Part shown: piece by piece, positions 9,749-20,290 of the stretch | Numbering within the stretch: position 1 is the first letter of the stretch | Layout: each line of letters begins with the position of its first letter | DNA from: Candidatus Latescibacterota bacterium | GTDB lineage: Bacteria > Latescibacterota > UBA2968 > UBA8231 | Reading direction: 5' to 3' | DNA: 64,000 nucleotides | Assembly: GCA_965206595.1 (NCBI GenBank) | Contig: OZ242214.1 | Span: 2,176,001 to 2,240,000, forward strand | Position numbers and translations under genes: made by a program | The notes under the pieces: generated by a model | Seen by the model: the letters and a program-made list of their open reading frames with translations, nothing else | The model's database searches: none | Told to the model about the DNA's origin: nothing

Positions 9749-12673
9749 ATGGCCGGCCGCCGCGATCCCGGATGCCCCGGCAGGGGCGCCCTTTCCCTTG
9801 CGATCCTCGTTCCCCTACTGACACTGGAGGTCCTCGACGTGCATGCGACCGAGCTGTTCGTCGCGCCGGACGGCAGCGACTCCAACCCCGGCACCCGCGC
9901 CGCTCCCTTCGCCACCCCGGCCGCGGCCCGCGACGCCCTGCGGGCGCGGCGCGCAGCAGGAGCCTTGCCGGGGCCTGCCGTCGTCAACCTGAGGGGCGGC
10001 GCCTACCGGATCACCGAGACCCTGCTGCTCGGGCCGGAAGACTCCGGCACCGGCGAGGCTCCCGCCATCTGGCAGGCGGAGCCGGGCACCGGGGAGGTCC
10101 GCTTCGTCGGAGGGGTGCGGCTTTCCGAATGGCGACAGGTGGAAGACCGCGGCGTCCTCGAACGCCTGCGGCCGGAGGCCCGGGCCCGCGTCGTGCAGAC
10201 CGACCTGCGGGCCGCCGGCGCCGCGGACCTCGGCATGCCGGCCCCTGTCGGCGGCCCCCGCGCCGAGCTGATCTGCAACGCCCGCTACATGCCGCTGGCC
10301 CGCTACCCGAACCGGGACTGGCTGAAGGTCAGCGCCATCCCCGAGGGCGGGACCCTCGTCGAAACCCAGCGCGACAGCCATTACGGCCGCTTCGCCTACG
10401 ACGACGACCGCCCCGCCGGCTGGGCGGACACCGGCGACCTCTGGGTGCACGGGTACTGGGTGCACGACTGGAGGGACCAATACCACCGCGTAGAGGGGCT
10501 CGACCTCGAGAGACGGGAGATCCGGCCGCAGCAGCCCTACCACCAGTACGGGTACCGCAAGGGGCAGCGCTTCTACTTCCTCAACGTCCTCGAAGAGCTG
10601 GACGAGCCGGGGGAGTGGTACCTCGACCGCGGCAGCGGCATCCTCTACTTCTGGCCGCCCGCCGACCTCGCCGGGGCCGAGATCTTCTTTCCGCAGCTGG
10701 CCGCACCGATGCTCGTCATGCAGGAGACGCGCCACGTGCTGGTGCGGCGAATCACCTTCGAGGCCGCCTGGGACAAGGCGGTGGTCATCGAGAACGGCAG
10801 CGACAACGAGATCGCCGGCTGCACGATCCGCAACTTCGGCGCCCGCGTCGCCGTCGTCATCGGCGGCACCCGCAACGGCATCCGCAGCAGCGACCTCTAC
10901 GAGGTAGCCGGGGCCGGAATCCAGCTGGGAGGCGGAGACCGCACAAATCTCACTCCCGGGAACAACTCGGCGGTCAACAACGACATACACCGCACCGGCC
11001 GCGTCTACCGCACCTATCACGGCGCCTTCCGGCTCGAGGGCGTCGGCAACCGCATCGCCCACTGCTGGATCCACGACCTGCCGCACCAGGGGATCGGCTA
11101 CAAGGGGAACGACCACGTCATCGAGTACTGCGAGTTCGAGCGCATCGCCCTGGAGACCGGGGACGTCGGGGCGACCTACACCGGCGCCGACTGGACCTTC
11201 CTGGGGCACGAGTTCCGCTACAACTACTTCCACGACATCCACGGGCCCGGAAGGCTCGGCTGCTACACCATCTACCCCGACCTGCCCTGCGGCGGCATCC
11301 GCCTGCACCACAACATCTTCTACGACGTCGACCAGGTCTTCCACAGCAACAGCGGCCGCGCCATGGTGATCGAGAACAACATCTTCCTGCGCGCCGACCT
11401 TGCCCTGAGCTTCAGGGTCTGGAAGGACTCGTCGATGTTCCTGGAGGAGGGGCCCTGGAGGATGGTGGAGAACCTCGAGGCGGCACGCTACGACCAGCCG
11501 CCCTACATCACCCGCTACCCGACCCTGCGGCAGCTCGCCGCGGACTTCAGCCTCGGCCCCGAACAACTCCTGCAGCGCCAGCTTCCCAAGGACAACGTGA
11601 TCCGGCGCAACGTCAGCCGCACCGGCCTGTTCCTGCGGCTCGGAGCGGAGGCCGGCCTCGACCACGTGCGGGTGGAGGAAAACCTGATAGCCGACGCCGA
11701 GGTCTTCCACGGCTCCTTCGACGGCAGCGGCGAGAGGGTCCTTTACAGGAACGGGGACGCAGAGGCCGCGGCCCGGTTGGGGGAGCGGGGCAACGTCATC
11801 CTCGACGGCGACCCCGGCTTCGGCGGACTCGAGACCCAGGACTTCCGGCTCGCCGCCGATTCCCCGGCGTGGGACCTCGGGTTCGAGCCGATCCCCTTCC
11901 ACGAGATCGGCCTGCGCGTCGACGAGTACCGGCAGTCCCTGCCGCGGCGGGCGGCGGCGCCGCTGATCACCCCCGGGTCCCGGGTCTTCCCCAACGAGGT
12001 GGCGGTCCGCCTGACGCCGTCCCCCCTTCCCGGCGGTCCGCAAAGCGTGCTGCGCTACACCCTCGACGGCACCGACCCGACCGCGTCCTCGCCGGTTTAT
12101 TCCGGGCCGCTCCGCATCGACCGCGACGCCACCGTCAAGGCGGCCTCGTTCCGCGACGGCGTGCAGTCGGAGGTGGTGGCCGAGGCCTACGAGCGCATCG
12201 ACCTCGCGGACGGGGCGGTGTACCTCAGCGACCTCGCCGAGCGGGAGGTCGAGGCGTACCCCGGCTGCTGGGCGCGGGACCGCAACTACCTCGGCGGGCC
12301 GATCCGCCTGGGGGGCAAGGCATACCCCAAGGGGCTGCTCCTGCATCCGCGCGAGGCCGACGGCGGGGGCCGCGCCTGGGTCGTCTACGACCTGGAGGGG
12401 GCCCTGGAAAAGGCGACGACCTTCACCGCCCTCATCGGCATCGACGACGAGATGGAGAGCTGGGGCCTCGGCTCCAGCATCTTCATCGTCGAGATCGACC
12501 GCGGCGGCGGCTGGGAGCGGGTGTTCGAGAGCGGCAGGCTCGCGGTCGGAGAGGCGCCGCAACGGATCAGCGTCGACATTTCCGGGGCAGGGCGGCTCAA
12601 GCTGATCACCACCGATGCCGGAGACGGCATCTCCTGCGACCACGCAGTCTGGGGGCTCGCCGAGCTCCATTGA
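9749..12673 (+). CDS. Secreted right-handed beta-helix enzyme (GH141-like) with Fn3/chitobiase-C and NPCBM domains
   Basis: FVAPDGSDSNPGT..PFAT, NVLEELDEPGEWYLD, RYTLDGTDPT, NPCBM-type IGIDD...CDHAVWG. Confidence 0.8.
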   Translation: MAGRRDPGCPGRGALSLAILVPLLTLEVLDVHATELFVAPDGSDSNPGTRAAPFATPAAARDALRARRAAGALPGPAVVNLRGGAYRITETLLLGPEDSGTGEAPAIWQAEPGTGEVRFVGGVRLSEWRQVEDRGVLERLRPEARARVVQTDLRAAGAADLGMPAPVGGPRAELICNARYMPLARYPNRDWLKVSAIPEGGTLVETQRDSHYGRFAYDDDRPAGWADTGDLWVHGYWVHDWRDQYHRVEGLDLERREIRPQQPYHQYGYRKGQRFYFLNVLEELDEPGEWYLDRGSGILYFWPPADLAGAEIFFPQLAAPMLVMQETRHVLVRRITFEAAWDKAVVIENGSDNEIAGCTIRNFGARVAVVIGGTRNGIRSSDLYEVAGAGIQLGGGDRTNLTPGNNSAVNNDIHRTGRVYRTYHGAFRLEGVGNRIAHCWIHDLPHQGIGYKGNDHVIEYCEFERIALETGDVGATYTGADWTFLGHEFRYNYFHDIHGPGRLGCYTIYPDLPCGGIRLHHNIFYDVDQVFHSNSGRAMVIENNIFLRADLALSFRVWKDSSMFLEEGPWRMVENLEAARYDQPPYITRYPTLRQLAADFSLGPEQLLQRQLPKDNVIRRNVSRTGLFLRLGAEAGLDHVRVEENLIADAEVFHGSFDGSGERVLYRNGDAEAAARLGERGNVILDGDPGFGGLETQDFRLAADSPAWDLGFEPIPFHEIGLRVDEYRQSLPRRAAAPLITPGSRVFPNEVAVRLTPSPLPGGPQSVLRYTLDGTDPTASSPVYSGPLRIDRDATVKAASFRDGVQSEVVAEAYERIDLADGAVYLSDLAEREVEAYPGCWARDRNYLGGPIRLGGKAYPKGLLLHPREADGGGRAWVVYDLEGALEKATTFTALIGIDDEMESWGLGSSIFIVEIDRGGGWERVFESGRLAVGEAPQRISVDISGAGRLKLITTDAGDGISCDHAVWGLAELH

Positions 12674-12908
12674 ACGGAGGAACCCGTACGGGCAAGGGCT
12701 CGATCCGTCGTGATGCCGGGCCTTGGTCGGAAAGCCCTTCGCGATCTGCCGAGGCCTGGGAAGCCGTTTCGCGGGCAGGTCCGGGCCGCGGGCTGGACCG
12801 GTTCCGGCCTGGGCCATTTTCGATAAAACCTCTCCGCAGAAAGGCTCCGTCCAGGCCGCGGGCCGGAGGGACCGGCAACCCACATGGACATTCTCAGGAG
12901 ATTCTGAA

Positions 12909-14021
12909 ATGAGCGCACCCCTCCGCGCCGCGGTGATCGGCCTCGGGCGCATGGGCAGCACCTTCGACGACGAGCGCACCGGCGGCGGCGCCGTGTACCT
13001 GCCGTACTGCCACACCCCCGCCTACCTCGCCTCGCCGCACACCGAGTTGGTCGGGGGCGCCGACCCGCACGACGAGCAGCGCTCGATATACGCCGAACGC
13101 TGGGGCCTGCAGGGGCACGTGTACGCCGACTACCGGGAGCTGCTCGACAAGGAGAAGCCCGACATCGTCAGCGTCTGCACCAGCGCGCGGCCGCGGGCGG
13201 AGATCGTCGAGACCGCGGCGCGCTCCGGGGTAACGGCGATCTGGGCCGAGAAGCCGGTCGCCCTGACCCTGGCCGGTGCGGACCGCATGGTCGAGGTCTG
13301 CGCCGCCAACGGCGTCACCCTGGCGGTCAACTGCGCCCGGCGCTGGAACCCCCACTACGCCAGCGCCCGCGAGCTGATCATGGACGGGGAGATCGGCGAG
13401 CTGCTGCAGGTGACCGCCTACTACCTGTGCGGCCTGTCCCACAACGGCAGCCACGGCATCGACGCCATGCGCTACCTCGCCGCCGACGCCGACGTCCGCT
13501 GGGTATTCGGGGAGATCGAGTCGGACGAGGCGGCCTTCGGTGAGGAGGATCCGCAGGGGAACGGGTACCTGGCGTTCGACAACGGCGTGCGCGGGTTCCT
13601 GCGCTCGATGGAGTGCGGGCCGGTCACCGGGCGCGAGTTCGACGTCCTCGGGACCGGGGGCAGGATCCGCGTGCTCGAGAGCATCCTGCAGTACGAGCTG
13701 TGGAAGCCGGTCCCGGGAGGCCCGCGGGGAGGCACGCAGGCGGCGCAGCTGCCCTTCCCCTACCCGACCCGTATCGAGGGGATGGGGCCGACCATCGTCG
13801 ACGACATCGTCAGGTCGGCCGAGGCCGGGAGCAAGCCGCGCTGCTCCGGGGCGGACGCGCGGGACGCCCTCGAGGTCGCCCTGGCCCTGCGGGAATCGCA
13901 CCGCCGGGGGTTCGTCCGGGTCGACCTGCCGCTGGAGGACCGCTCCCTCGGTATCGTATCGGCGGAGGCGCTGGAGGACGACCTGCCGGCGCGGGTGAGG
14001 CGGTTGCAGGCGGGGGGATGA
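12909..14021 (+). CDS. Gfo/Idh/MocA family oxidoreductase
   Basis: AVIGLGRMG, DIVSVCT, AEKP; RBS caggag before ATG 12909. Confidence 0.9.
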   Translation: MSAPLRAAVIGLGRMGSTFDDERTGGGAVYLPYCHTPAYLASPHTELVGGADPHDEQRSIYAERWGLQGHVYADYRELLDKEKPDIVSVCTSARPRAEIVETAARSGVTAIWAEKPVALTLAGADRMVEVCAANGVTLAVNCARRWNPHYASARELIMDGEIGELLQVTAYYLCGLSHNGSHGIDAMRYLAADADVRWVFGEIESDEAAFGEEDPQGNGYLAFDNGVRGFLRSMECGPVTGREFDVLGTGGRIRVLESILQYELWKPVPGGPRGGTQAAQLPFPYPTRIEGMGPTIVDDIVRSAEAGSKPRCSGADARDALEVALALRESHRRGFVRVDLPLEDRSLGIVSAEALEDDLPARVRRLQAGG

Positions 14022-14301
14022 GGCTCGATGCGCTTTAGGAAAATCACCTCCGGCCGGTCTTCTCGTCGCAGCCGAACGCTCAACTTGATCACCGGGGCTT
14101 TCCGACCATGCATATACGACGCACTACTTGTCCATTCGCGGAGGGGCGGTCGTGGGAAGCAGATGAGGTAGCGAGGGAACACCAGTAGCCCAAAGTCAAT
14201 CAACTAAACCGGCACAGTCACGCCCAAGTGCAATAGACCTCTCTTCTTCGCATCATCAATTGTTTTCTCACAGCTTTGTTGTCAGTCAGGAGGATTACGG
14301 G

Positions 14302-15246
14302 ATGCAACGACTCGTCTGGCTCAAACTCAGCCTCACATTGGCAGGCTTCCTCTCTGTCGCAAACGCCCAACCCCCGGACCGCATCTTTCCCATCATGCAG
14401 TTGACCGACCGCGACGTCGCCGAGATCGACGTGACGGACGGTTCAGTCGAGGACTGGGAATATATCGCCGGGGAGCCCACGCTCACCCCGCTGGACTTCG
14501 CGGAACCCTTTTTTAGCTCGTACGATCCTTCTGATATGGATTTTCGCATCTGGCTTGGATGGCACGATGCCACTGACCGCATTTTCTTCGCCATGGAGAG
14601 GGTCGACGACGTATACGTCAACCACTTCGAACGCGAGGATGATGAGGCTCTGCGCATTATGATTCATCACGACTCCTCGGTGTCGTTTGCCGTTGACGGA
14701 GACCACTTGGGCGGCGCGCAGTGGTCCTCCGAGGAATCTTCAGAGGATTGGCTGCAGACCCCCACCCAGGCACAGGTTTTCCATGCTCTCGGGGAGGTTT
14801 TCGACGGGGGCTCCCTGGTTGGCATCTTTCCCCATTCGATTCATATGGGTGCGGACTGGTTCAGTCAGCCTCCGTTTGCACACGGAGGCGGCGCAGTGTT
14901 TGGCGGATCCCCCATCTTCTCGGTGACGGAATTCTACGTGACCCCATTTGACCTCTTTGTATCGACGGGTCCGGAAGACAGTGACGTGTCCGATCTGTTC
15001 GGCGGAAAGATCATCGGTTTCAATATCATGATACCCGACGTGGATGCCGAGGTGGATGGTCGTCCTGGCGCATGGGAGACCCTCCACCTGCTAGCAGCCT
15101 CCCCACTCAACGTATACAGGCCTCTGTTGGGATGGTCAGCAGACGACTTCGCCGACGGGGTTCTGGTCACGCCGAGTGGTTTGTCATCCGACAATTCGGC
15201 GGTCGAAAGCGATTCCTGGGCCCGAATCAAGGCGGCGATCGAATAG
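14302..15246 (+). CDS. Secreted CBM9/DOMON-like protein with AVESDSWARIKAAIE tail (paralog 2)
   Basis: RBS aggagg; signal peptide; DPSDMDFRIWLGWHD, EFYVTPFD. Confidence 0.72.
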   Translation: MQRLVWLKLSLTLAGFLSVANAQPPDRIFPIMQLTDRDVAEIDVTDGSVEDWEYIAGEPTLTPLDFAEPFFSSYDPSDMDFRIWLGWHDATDRIFFAMERVDDVYVNHFEREDDEALRIMIHHDSSVSFAVDGDHLGGAQWSSEESSEDWLQTPTQAQVFHALGEVFDGGSLVGIFPHSIHMGADWFSQPPFAHGGGAVFGGSPIFSVTEFYVTPFDLFVSTGPEDSDVSDLFGGKIIGFNIMIPDVDAEVDGRPGAWETLHLLAASPLNVYRPLLGWSADDFADGVLVTPSGLSSDNSAVESDSWARIKAAIE

Positions 15247-15437
15247 TAGCTTTCCAGCCCAAAGGATACAGGAAACACCAATCGCGGGGTCGAGGCCTCT
15301 CCCCTGCGAGCGGGTGTGGACTATCATCCTATGGACCTGTCCCGGTTCGACAGGTTCTCCCCCACACCTTCTCCATGTCATCGCAATGGAAAACCGCTGC
15401 CTTGTTCGGAGTTGATCCCCCCTGCCGAGGCCGGCGG

Positions 15438-16415
15438 TCAGTCCAGGACACGGTCCTGGCCGGCCGAGGCCTCGTCGAGGCGGGCCCGCTCCTCCGGCGT
15501 GATCGACCAGCCCACGGCGCCGGCGTTCTCTTCCATGTGAGCCACCGTGTCGCCGCCGGTGATGGCGGCCGTCACCTCCGAGTGGGAGAGCACCCAGTTG
15601 ATCGCCGTCTGCGCCACGGTGCGTCCGTGGGCGCCGGCGATCTCCCGCAGGATCGCCAGGGTGCGGCGCGCCGCCTCGTTCAGGGCCTGTTCCAAGTCGC
15701 CGGCGCGCCCGGTGGCGTAGAGGGTTCCGTCAGGCGGCGGCTGTCCGGGGGTGTACACGCCGGAGAGCAGGCCCACCCCGAGGGGGCTGTAGGTCATGAC
15801 TCCGAACCCCTGGTCGCGCTGCGCCGGCCACATCTCATTCTCCAGCTCGCGGTTGAGGAGGTTGTAGGGGTTCTGGATGCAGATCAGGGGATCGAGCCCG
15901 AGGCGGTCCTGCGTCCACAGCGCCTTGAGCACCTGCCAGGCCTGGAAGTTGGAGACGCCCACGTAGCGGGTCTTGCCGGCGCGCACCACCTCGTCGAGGG
16001 CGCGCAGCGTCTCCTCGAGGGGCGTCCCGTCGTCGTACTCGTGCAGGATGTAGATGTCGATGTGATCGGTCCCGAGGCGGGCAAGGGTGCGGTCGATCTC
16101 CCGCAGGATGTGATAACGCGACAGTCCCGCGTCGTTCGGCCCGCCGCCTATGCGGGCGGCCACCTTCGAGGTGACCACGAGGTCGCCGCGGTGCCGTTTG
16201 AGGACCCGCGCCAGGAGCTGCTCCGACGTGCCGCGGGTCTCGTAACCGTCCCCGAGGCCGTAGATGTTGGCGCAGTCGATGAAGTTGATCCCGAGCTCGA
16301 TGCCCCGTTCGATGGTGCGTTCCGCCTCGTCCGCGTCATCCTGCCCGCGCAGGCCCAGGCCGTAGGCCAGGCGCGATACCTTCAGGCCGGAGCGGCCGAA
16401 ATTTACGTATTCCAT
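15438..16415 (-). CDS. Aldo/keto reductase
   Basis: GRSGLKVSRL, IDCANIYG, RYVGVSNF, QNPYNLLNR, YSPLGVGLLSG. Confidence 0.92.
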   Translation of the reverse strand: MEYVNFGRSGLKVSRLAYGLGLRGQDDADEAERTIERGIELGINFIDCANIYGLGDGYETRGTSEQLLARVLKRHRGDLVVTSKVAARIGGGPNDAGLSRYHILREIDRTLARLGTDHIDIYILHEYDDGTPLEETLRALDEVVRAGKTRYVGVSNFQAWQVLKALWTQDRLGLDPLICIQNPYNLLNRELENEMWPAQRDQGFGVMTYSPLGVGLLSGVYTPGQPPPDGTLYATGRAGDLEQALNEAARRTLAILREIAGAHGRTVAQTAINWVLSHSEVTAAITGGDTVAHMEENAGAVGWSITPEERARLDEASAGQDRVLD

Positions 16416-16467
16416 GTTCTCCTCCTCGTACTGTGTCTGAATCCGGTCCCTCCATGAGCTCTATAAA

Positions 16468-17052
16468 CTAGGCGTTTTCCAGGAGACCACCCGCGTCCAG
16501 CACATGCCAGAAGGCGTAGTCCGCATGATGCACTATCGTGTTCTCCAGACTGCGGACGACCAACTCGCCCTCACCCGAATGTGCGCCTGCCGCGTGCGCG
16601 ACCGCTTCCGGAAGCCCGACGGTCAGGCAGACGTGCACGCCGTAGCCCGGATGCCGAATCGAAGGGAACCCCGCGGCGCCCGGCGATTCCCGCCAGCGGG
16701 CCTGGTTCTCCGGGTCGAACTCCCACGGCTTGCCCACGTCATGGCACAACGCGCAGGCAACCAGGAGGTCGCGGTTCACTTCGAGCTCGGGAAACAGCGC
16801 GGTCAGTTCGTCGCCGATGCGCATGGCAAGCCGCGTGACCCCGCGGATATGGTGGGTCTGTGTTCCCCGCTTGAGCGGCGGTGTGTCCGGATTGCCTGAC
16901 GCACGGATTTCGTCAATGGATTTGAATGAGCTTTTCCCGAGGGCGTATGCCCAGGCATCGATCACCTGATTGCGCAGCGTTTCGTCGCTGATTTCGTTCA
17001 CCTCGGGCAACGAGCGAATGACCGACTGCCGCAACTCTTCAGCAATCTGCAT
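16468..17052 (-). CDS. HD-domain protein
   Basis: THH...ALCHDVGK...AHS...VHHAD. Confidence 0.85.
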   Translation of the reverse strand: MQIAEELRQSVIRSLPEVNEISDETLRNQVIDAWAYALGKSSFKSIDEIRASGNPDTPPLKRGTQTHHIRGVTRLAMRIGDELTALFPELEVNRDLLVACALCHDVGKPWEFDPENQARWRESPGAAGFPSIRHPGYGVHVCLTVGLPEAVAHAAGAHSGEGELVVRSLENTIVHHADYAFWHVLDAGGLLENA

Positions 17053-17150
17053 AACCTCCTCCTGTAGAAATCGAAAAAAACGAGAGCGTGTTCAGCGGAT
17101 TTACGGATCGCTCCGTTACCTTGGCTTTTCCTGCCTTCAAAACGCCCTTC

Positions 17151-18071
17151 TCAAAAGTGCAGCGTGGCGACTGGGAACAAGCTGCCCCTCGGGTTCGGTG
17201 CAAAGCCGATTGAGAAACCGCGGGCGGCGGAGAACCTGCGCCACCATTCCGACGCCAGCGTTGCACCGACGACAGGGCCGATAAGGATGGATGGGAGCAT
17301 TTCTGGACTGGTGATCGTCAACCCAATGCCTCCGATTAATCCCACCACACTGCCTCCCAGTGACAAGCCTGTGTCCGCGATGAAGGACAGCATAGAGGGG
17401 TCGTATCGTGGATCAACCACACTGTAGTCAACCGCAGAAACGCCAATCGCCACTCCGGCCAGATAACCGAATGCAGGTGGTCCTAAACAGTCGAGCTCTT
17501 GGCTCCCCCCGCAGTATGAGCCACCTATCACGCCCCCCAGCATCCCAAAAAAAGATCCGGTGATCAGCTTGAAGGCAACCCGCTTACCAGTTCTTGATCC
17601 TTTGCTCTCGGGAAGACTATCCAACGTCGCGCCGCTTACTGCATGTTGCGTATCTACCACCGCCAGGGTCTGAATTGGCAATCCATCCGGCCGTACTCTC
17701 TGCGGCCGCTCCGTCGCTCTCCGGGAAGGTGGCCCTACCTGGACCAGCGTTAGAATTCGCTCCAGGGCCATGGGTTTCAGCCTGCCATCTCGTCCTCGGG
17801 ATAGAGTCAACGTCTCCCCATTGATGGCCTGGATGTAGCCACGGGCGGTCTCCAGCCTTTCCCACTCCCCGGATAGCGGGTGCCGCTCCCCCTGCCCATG
17901 GATCACCACCGCAAAGGCGCCCACCTCCACCGTGCTGCTGTCGATCTGACCGCCTTTCAGGATCACCCCTGCCTGCGGCACCCCGGCGGCGTCACCGGTG
18001 GCCGCGTCAGCATGGTTGCCCCGTGAGCAGAGCGAAACGGCCGTGACAAAAAAGACAAAGATGAGGCTCAT
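17151..18071 (-). CDS. Hypothetical exported/membrane protein with Gly-rich hydrophobic C-terminal helices (start uncertain)
   Basis: Signal-like MSLIFVFFVTAV; Gly-zipper-like segments; ends in Phe. Confidence 0.5.
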   Translation of the reverse strand: MSLIFVFFVTAVSLCSRGNHADAATGDAAGVPQAGVILKGGQIDSSTVEVGAFAVVIHGQGERHPLSGEWERLETARGYIQAINGETLTLSRGRDGRLKPMALERILTLVQVGPPSRRATERPQRVRPDGLPIQTLAVVDTQHAVSGATLDSLPESKGSRTGKRVAFKLITGSFFGMLGGVIGGSYCGGSQELDCLGPPAFGYLAGVAIGVSAVDYSVVDPRYDPSMLSFIADTGLSLGGSVVGLIGGIGLTITSPEMLPSILIGPVVGATLASEWWRRFSAARGFSIGFAPNPRGSLFPVATLHF

Positions 18072-18387
18072 ACGCCCTGCTTCCTTTTGCCAGGACGAGC
18101 CAATGATCGAGTTGCCGCCCGACGTACGTTGCGCCCGCGAATCCGGCGTATCTCCCTCCCCGTCCCGCGCCCACACCATCGCGTGGATTCCCCTCCGGGT
18201 CGCCCGGCGTCGCCATCAGCTTTGCGCCCCTCGAGGCGGGGGCAGCCACCCGTCGGCCCGAGGCGTCGTCGGGCACCACCGCCACCGCCCAGATCATCGC
18301 CCCAGCTGGTCCTGGCTCCCGGCGCGGAACCGTACCGTCAAAGACGAGGGAACTGGCGTCGTCGATTCGGTGGTCCCCGGTTGTCCT

Positions 18388-19476
18388 TCAGCCGTAGATC
18401 TCTCGAAGCCGCCGCGCCGCCTCGGCCTGGTACTGCAGCTTGCGGTAGACCTCGTCGAGGTCGACCCGCGCCGCAGATCCGGGGGCGAAGCCGCAGTCGG
18501 GGTTGAGGACGATGCGCTCGGCGCCGACTACCTCCGCGGCCTGCTGGACGCGCTCCACGATCCGAGCGTCGTCGTCGATCTCCCCCGGGTGCACGCTGAC
18601 GCAGCCGAGGCCGATCTCCAAGTGTTCGGGAAGCTGCTCCAGAACTTCGACGTCGCCGGCGCCCGGGTTGGTGAACTCCAGGGTCAGGTGGTCGGTGTCG
18701 AGCTCCCGGAGGGCGGGGACGATGGGGCCGTAGCCGCCGCTGTGGTAGGCCTCCCCGCGCACCCTGGCGCCGGCTCTGCGGCACAGGTGCACGGCGCGCA
18801 CGGCCTCGCCGGCGATGCCCACCAGAACCTCGTTGTCCATGTCGACGGAGAAGGCCGCCTCCTCGTCGGCGCCCCAATCCTCTTCGTCGTACTGGTCGCG
18901 GACCTCGGGATCGACGAGCAGGCACAGGTGCGGATCGTCCACCTGTACGATGTCGGCCCCGGCTTCGACAACCAGCTCCGCCTCGCGCTGCAGGATCGGG
19001 GCCACGGCCTCGGCGAAGACGCGAGGCGTCCCGTAGGCCTCGAGGGAGAGGTCGCCGTCCCACATGCGCTCGGCCAGCAGGGCAGGCGACGGCAGGGCCA
19101 CCTTGATCAGACGGTCCGTCAGCGAGCGCAGGTGCTCGACCTCCGCCGCCACCACCCCCTGGTCCCGGACCGACACCGCTCCGGTGACCACGGTCCACGG
19201 ACGGCCGTCCTCCGTCCGGCTCACCTCGAACCCGTCGGCCAGCTCGGCGATGACGCCGATGTAGGAGGCCCGCCGCCACTCGCCGTCGGAGATCACGTCG
19301 AGGCCGGCCGCCTCCTGCAGCGAGACGGCGTGGGCCACGGCGGCGTCGAGCCGGCCCTTCCAGCCCTCGTCCCGGCGGCCGTCGGCGACGATCTCGCGCA
19401 CGTAGTCGGGCCGCGGCAGGGAGCCGACCACCGACGTCGGGAACAGGGATCCGCAGCGCTCTGCGATGGTGGGCAT
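18388..19476 (-). CDS. Cobalamin-independent methionine synthase II-family (single-domain MetE-like) Zn enzyme
   Basis: TSVVGSLPRP, DVISDGEWRR, HLC, LEF, NPDCGF; TGATG coupling to upstream gene. Confidence 0.88.
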   Translation of the reverse strand: MPTIAERCGSLFPTSVVGSLPRPDYVREIVADGRRDEGWKGRLDAAVAHAVSLQEAAGLDVISDGEWRRASYIGVIAELADGFEVSRTEDGRPWTVVTGAVSVRDQGVVAAEVEHLRSLTDRLIKVALPSPALLAERMWDGDLSLEAYGTPRVFAEAVAPILQREAELVVEAGADIVQVDDPHLCLLVDPEVRDQYDEEDWGADEEAAFSVDMDNEVLVGIAGEAVRAVHLCRRAGARVRGEAYHSGGYGPIVPALRELDTDHLTLEFTNPGAGDVEVLEQLPEHLEIGLGCVSVHPGEIDDDARIVERVQQAAEVVGAERIVLNPDCGFAPGSAARVDLDEVYRKLQYQAEAARRLREIYG

Positions 19477-20237
19477 CAGGCAAACCTCCGCGGCCAACTC
19501 TCGTTGGCCAGGGCGTAGTCTTCCTCGGTGTCGACCTCGGCGTACTCGCCGCCCGTGGTCACCATGTGGAACCTCTCTCCCTGTTCGAGCATGTGCTGGT
19601 AGAGATAGATGAGATAGGCCTGGCGGAAGGGGGTTCCGTCCTGCCGGACCTGCCCGTCGAATCGCGCCTTCAACTGGTGGTAGTGACGGCGCAGGGCGCT
19701 CGCGCCCGCGGCCGAGAACCGGGCCACGCCGATGTACTCCCCGCAGGCCTCGGCGGAAGGGAGTCTGCGGCTCACCCGCAGCACCCGGTCGCCCTCGGTG
19801 AGCACTTTCTCGGCGTCGTCCTCCGGGTGCTGGCTGCGGTCCGCGTAGCGCTCCCGCCAGCGGGTGTCGACGCAGAGCACGGCGTCCCCTGGATGGTCCA
19901 GGGCCCGGCGCACGACGCCGGACCGGTAGAGGATGTCGGCGTAGGTGACGAGAAATTCGCCGTCCATGTGATCCTCGGCGCACATCAGCGAAGCGAGGAT
20001 GTTGGTCCTCTCCCAGTCCGGATTGTGGCAGAAGGTCATTTGCGGGTAGTCGTGCCGGACCTGGTCGATGCGGTACCCGCCGATGAAGACGAAATCGCTC
20101 ACGCCGGCATCGCGCAGGGCCTGCAGCAGCCAGTCGAGGATCCGCCGGCCGCCGATGGAGGCGTACGGTTTCGGCTGTTCGTCGGTGAGGGCCTTGAGCC
20201 GGCGCCCCCTGCCCGCGCCCAGAATGAGTGCACGCAT
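19476..20237 (-). CDS. NTP transferase, phosphocholine/phosphonate cytidylyltransferase-like
   Basis: ILGAGRGRRL...PKP, TNILASL, YADILY, EVDTEEDY. Confidence 0.85.
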   Translation of the reverse strand: MRALILGAGRGRRLKALTDEQPKPYASIGGRRILDWLLQALRDAGVSDFVFIGGYRIDQVRHDYPQMTFCHNPDWERTNILASLMCAEDHMDGEFLVTYADILYRSGVVRRALDHPGDAVLCVDTRWRERYADRSQHPEDDAEKVLTEGDRVLRVSRRLPSAEACGEYIGVARFSAAGASALRRHYHQLKARFDGQVRQDGTPFRQAYLIYLYQHMLEQGERFHMVTTGGEYAEVDTEEDYALANESWPRRFA

Positions 20238-20290
20238 GCGGGTAAGGATACTTTCTGCCCTGGAGTTGTCCTAACCCGCACGGAGGTCCA

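Noticed and set aside
9772-13015. Very long overlapping ORFs (1046 aa on +, 1066 aa on -) and many similar shadow ORFs across the window
   Set aside because: Arg/Pro/Gly-rich frame or antisense shadows expected in high-GC coding DNA; no motifs.
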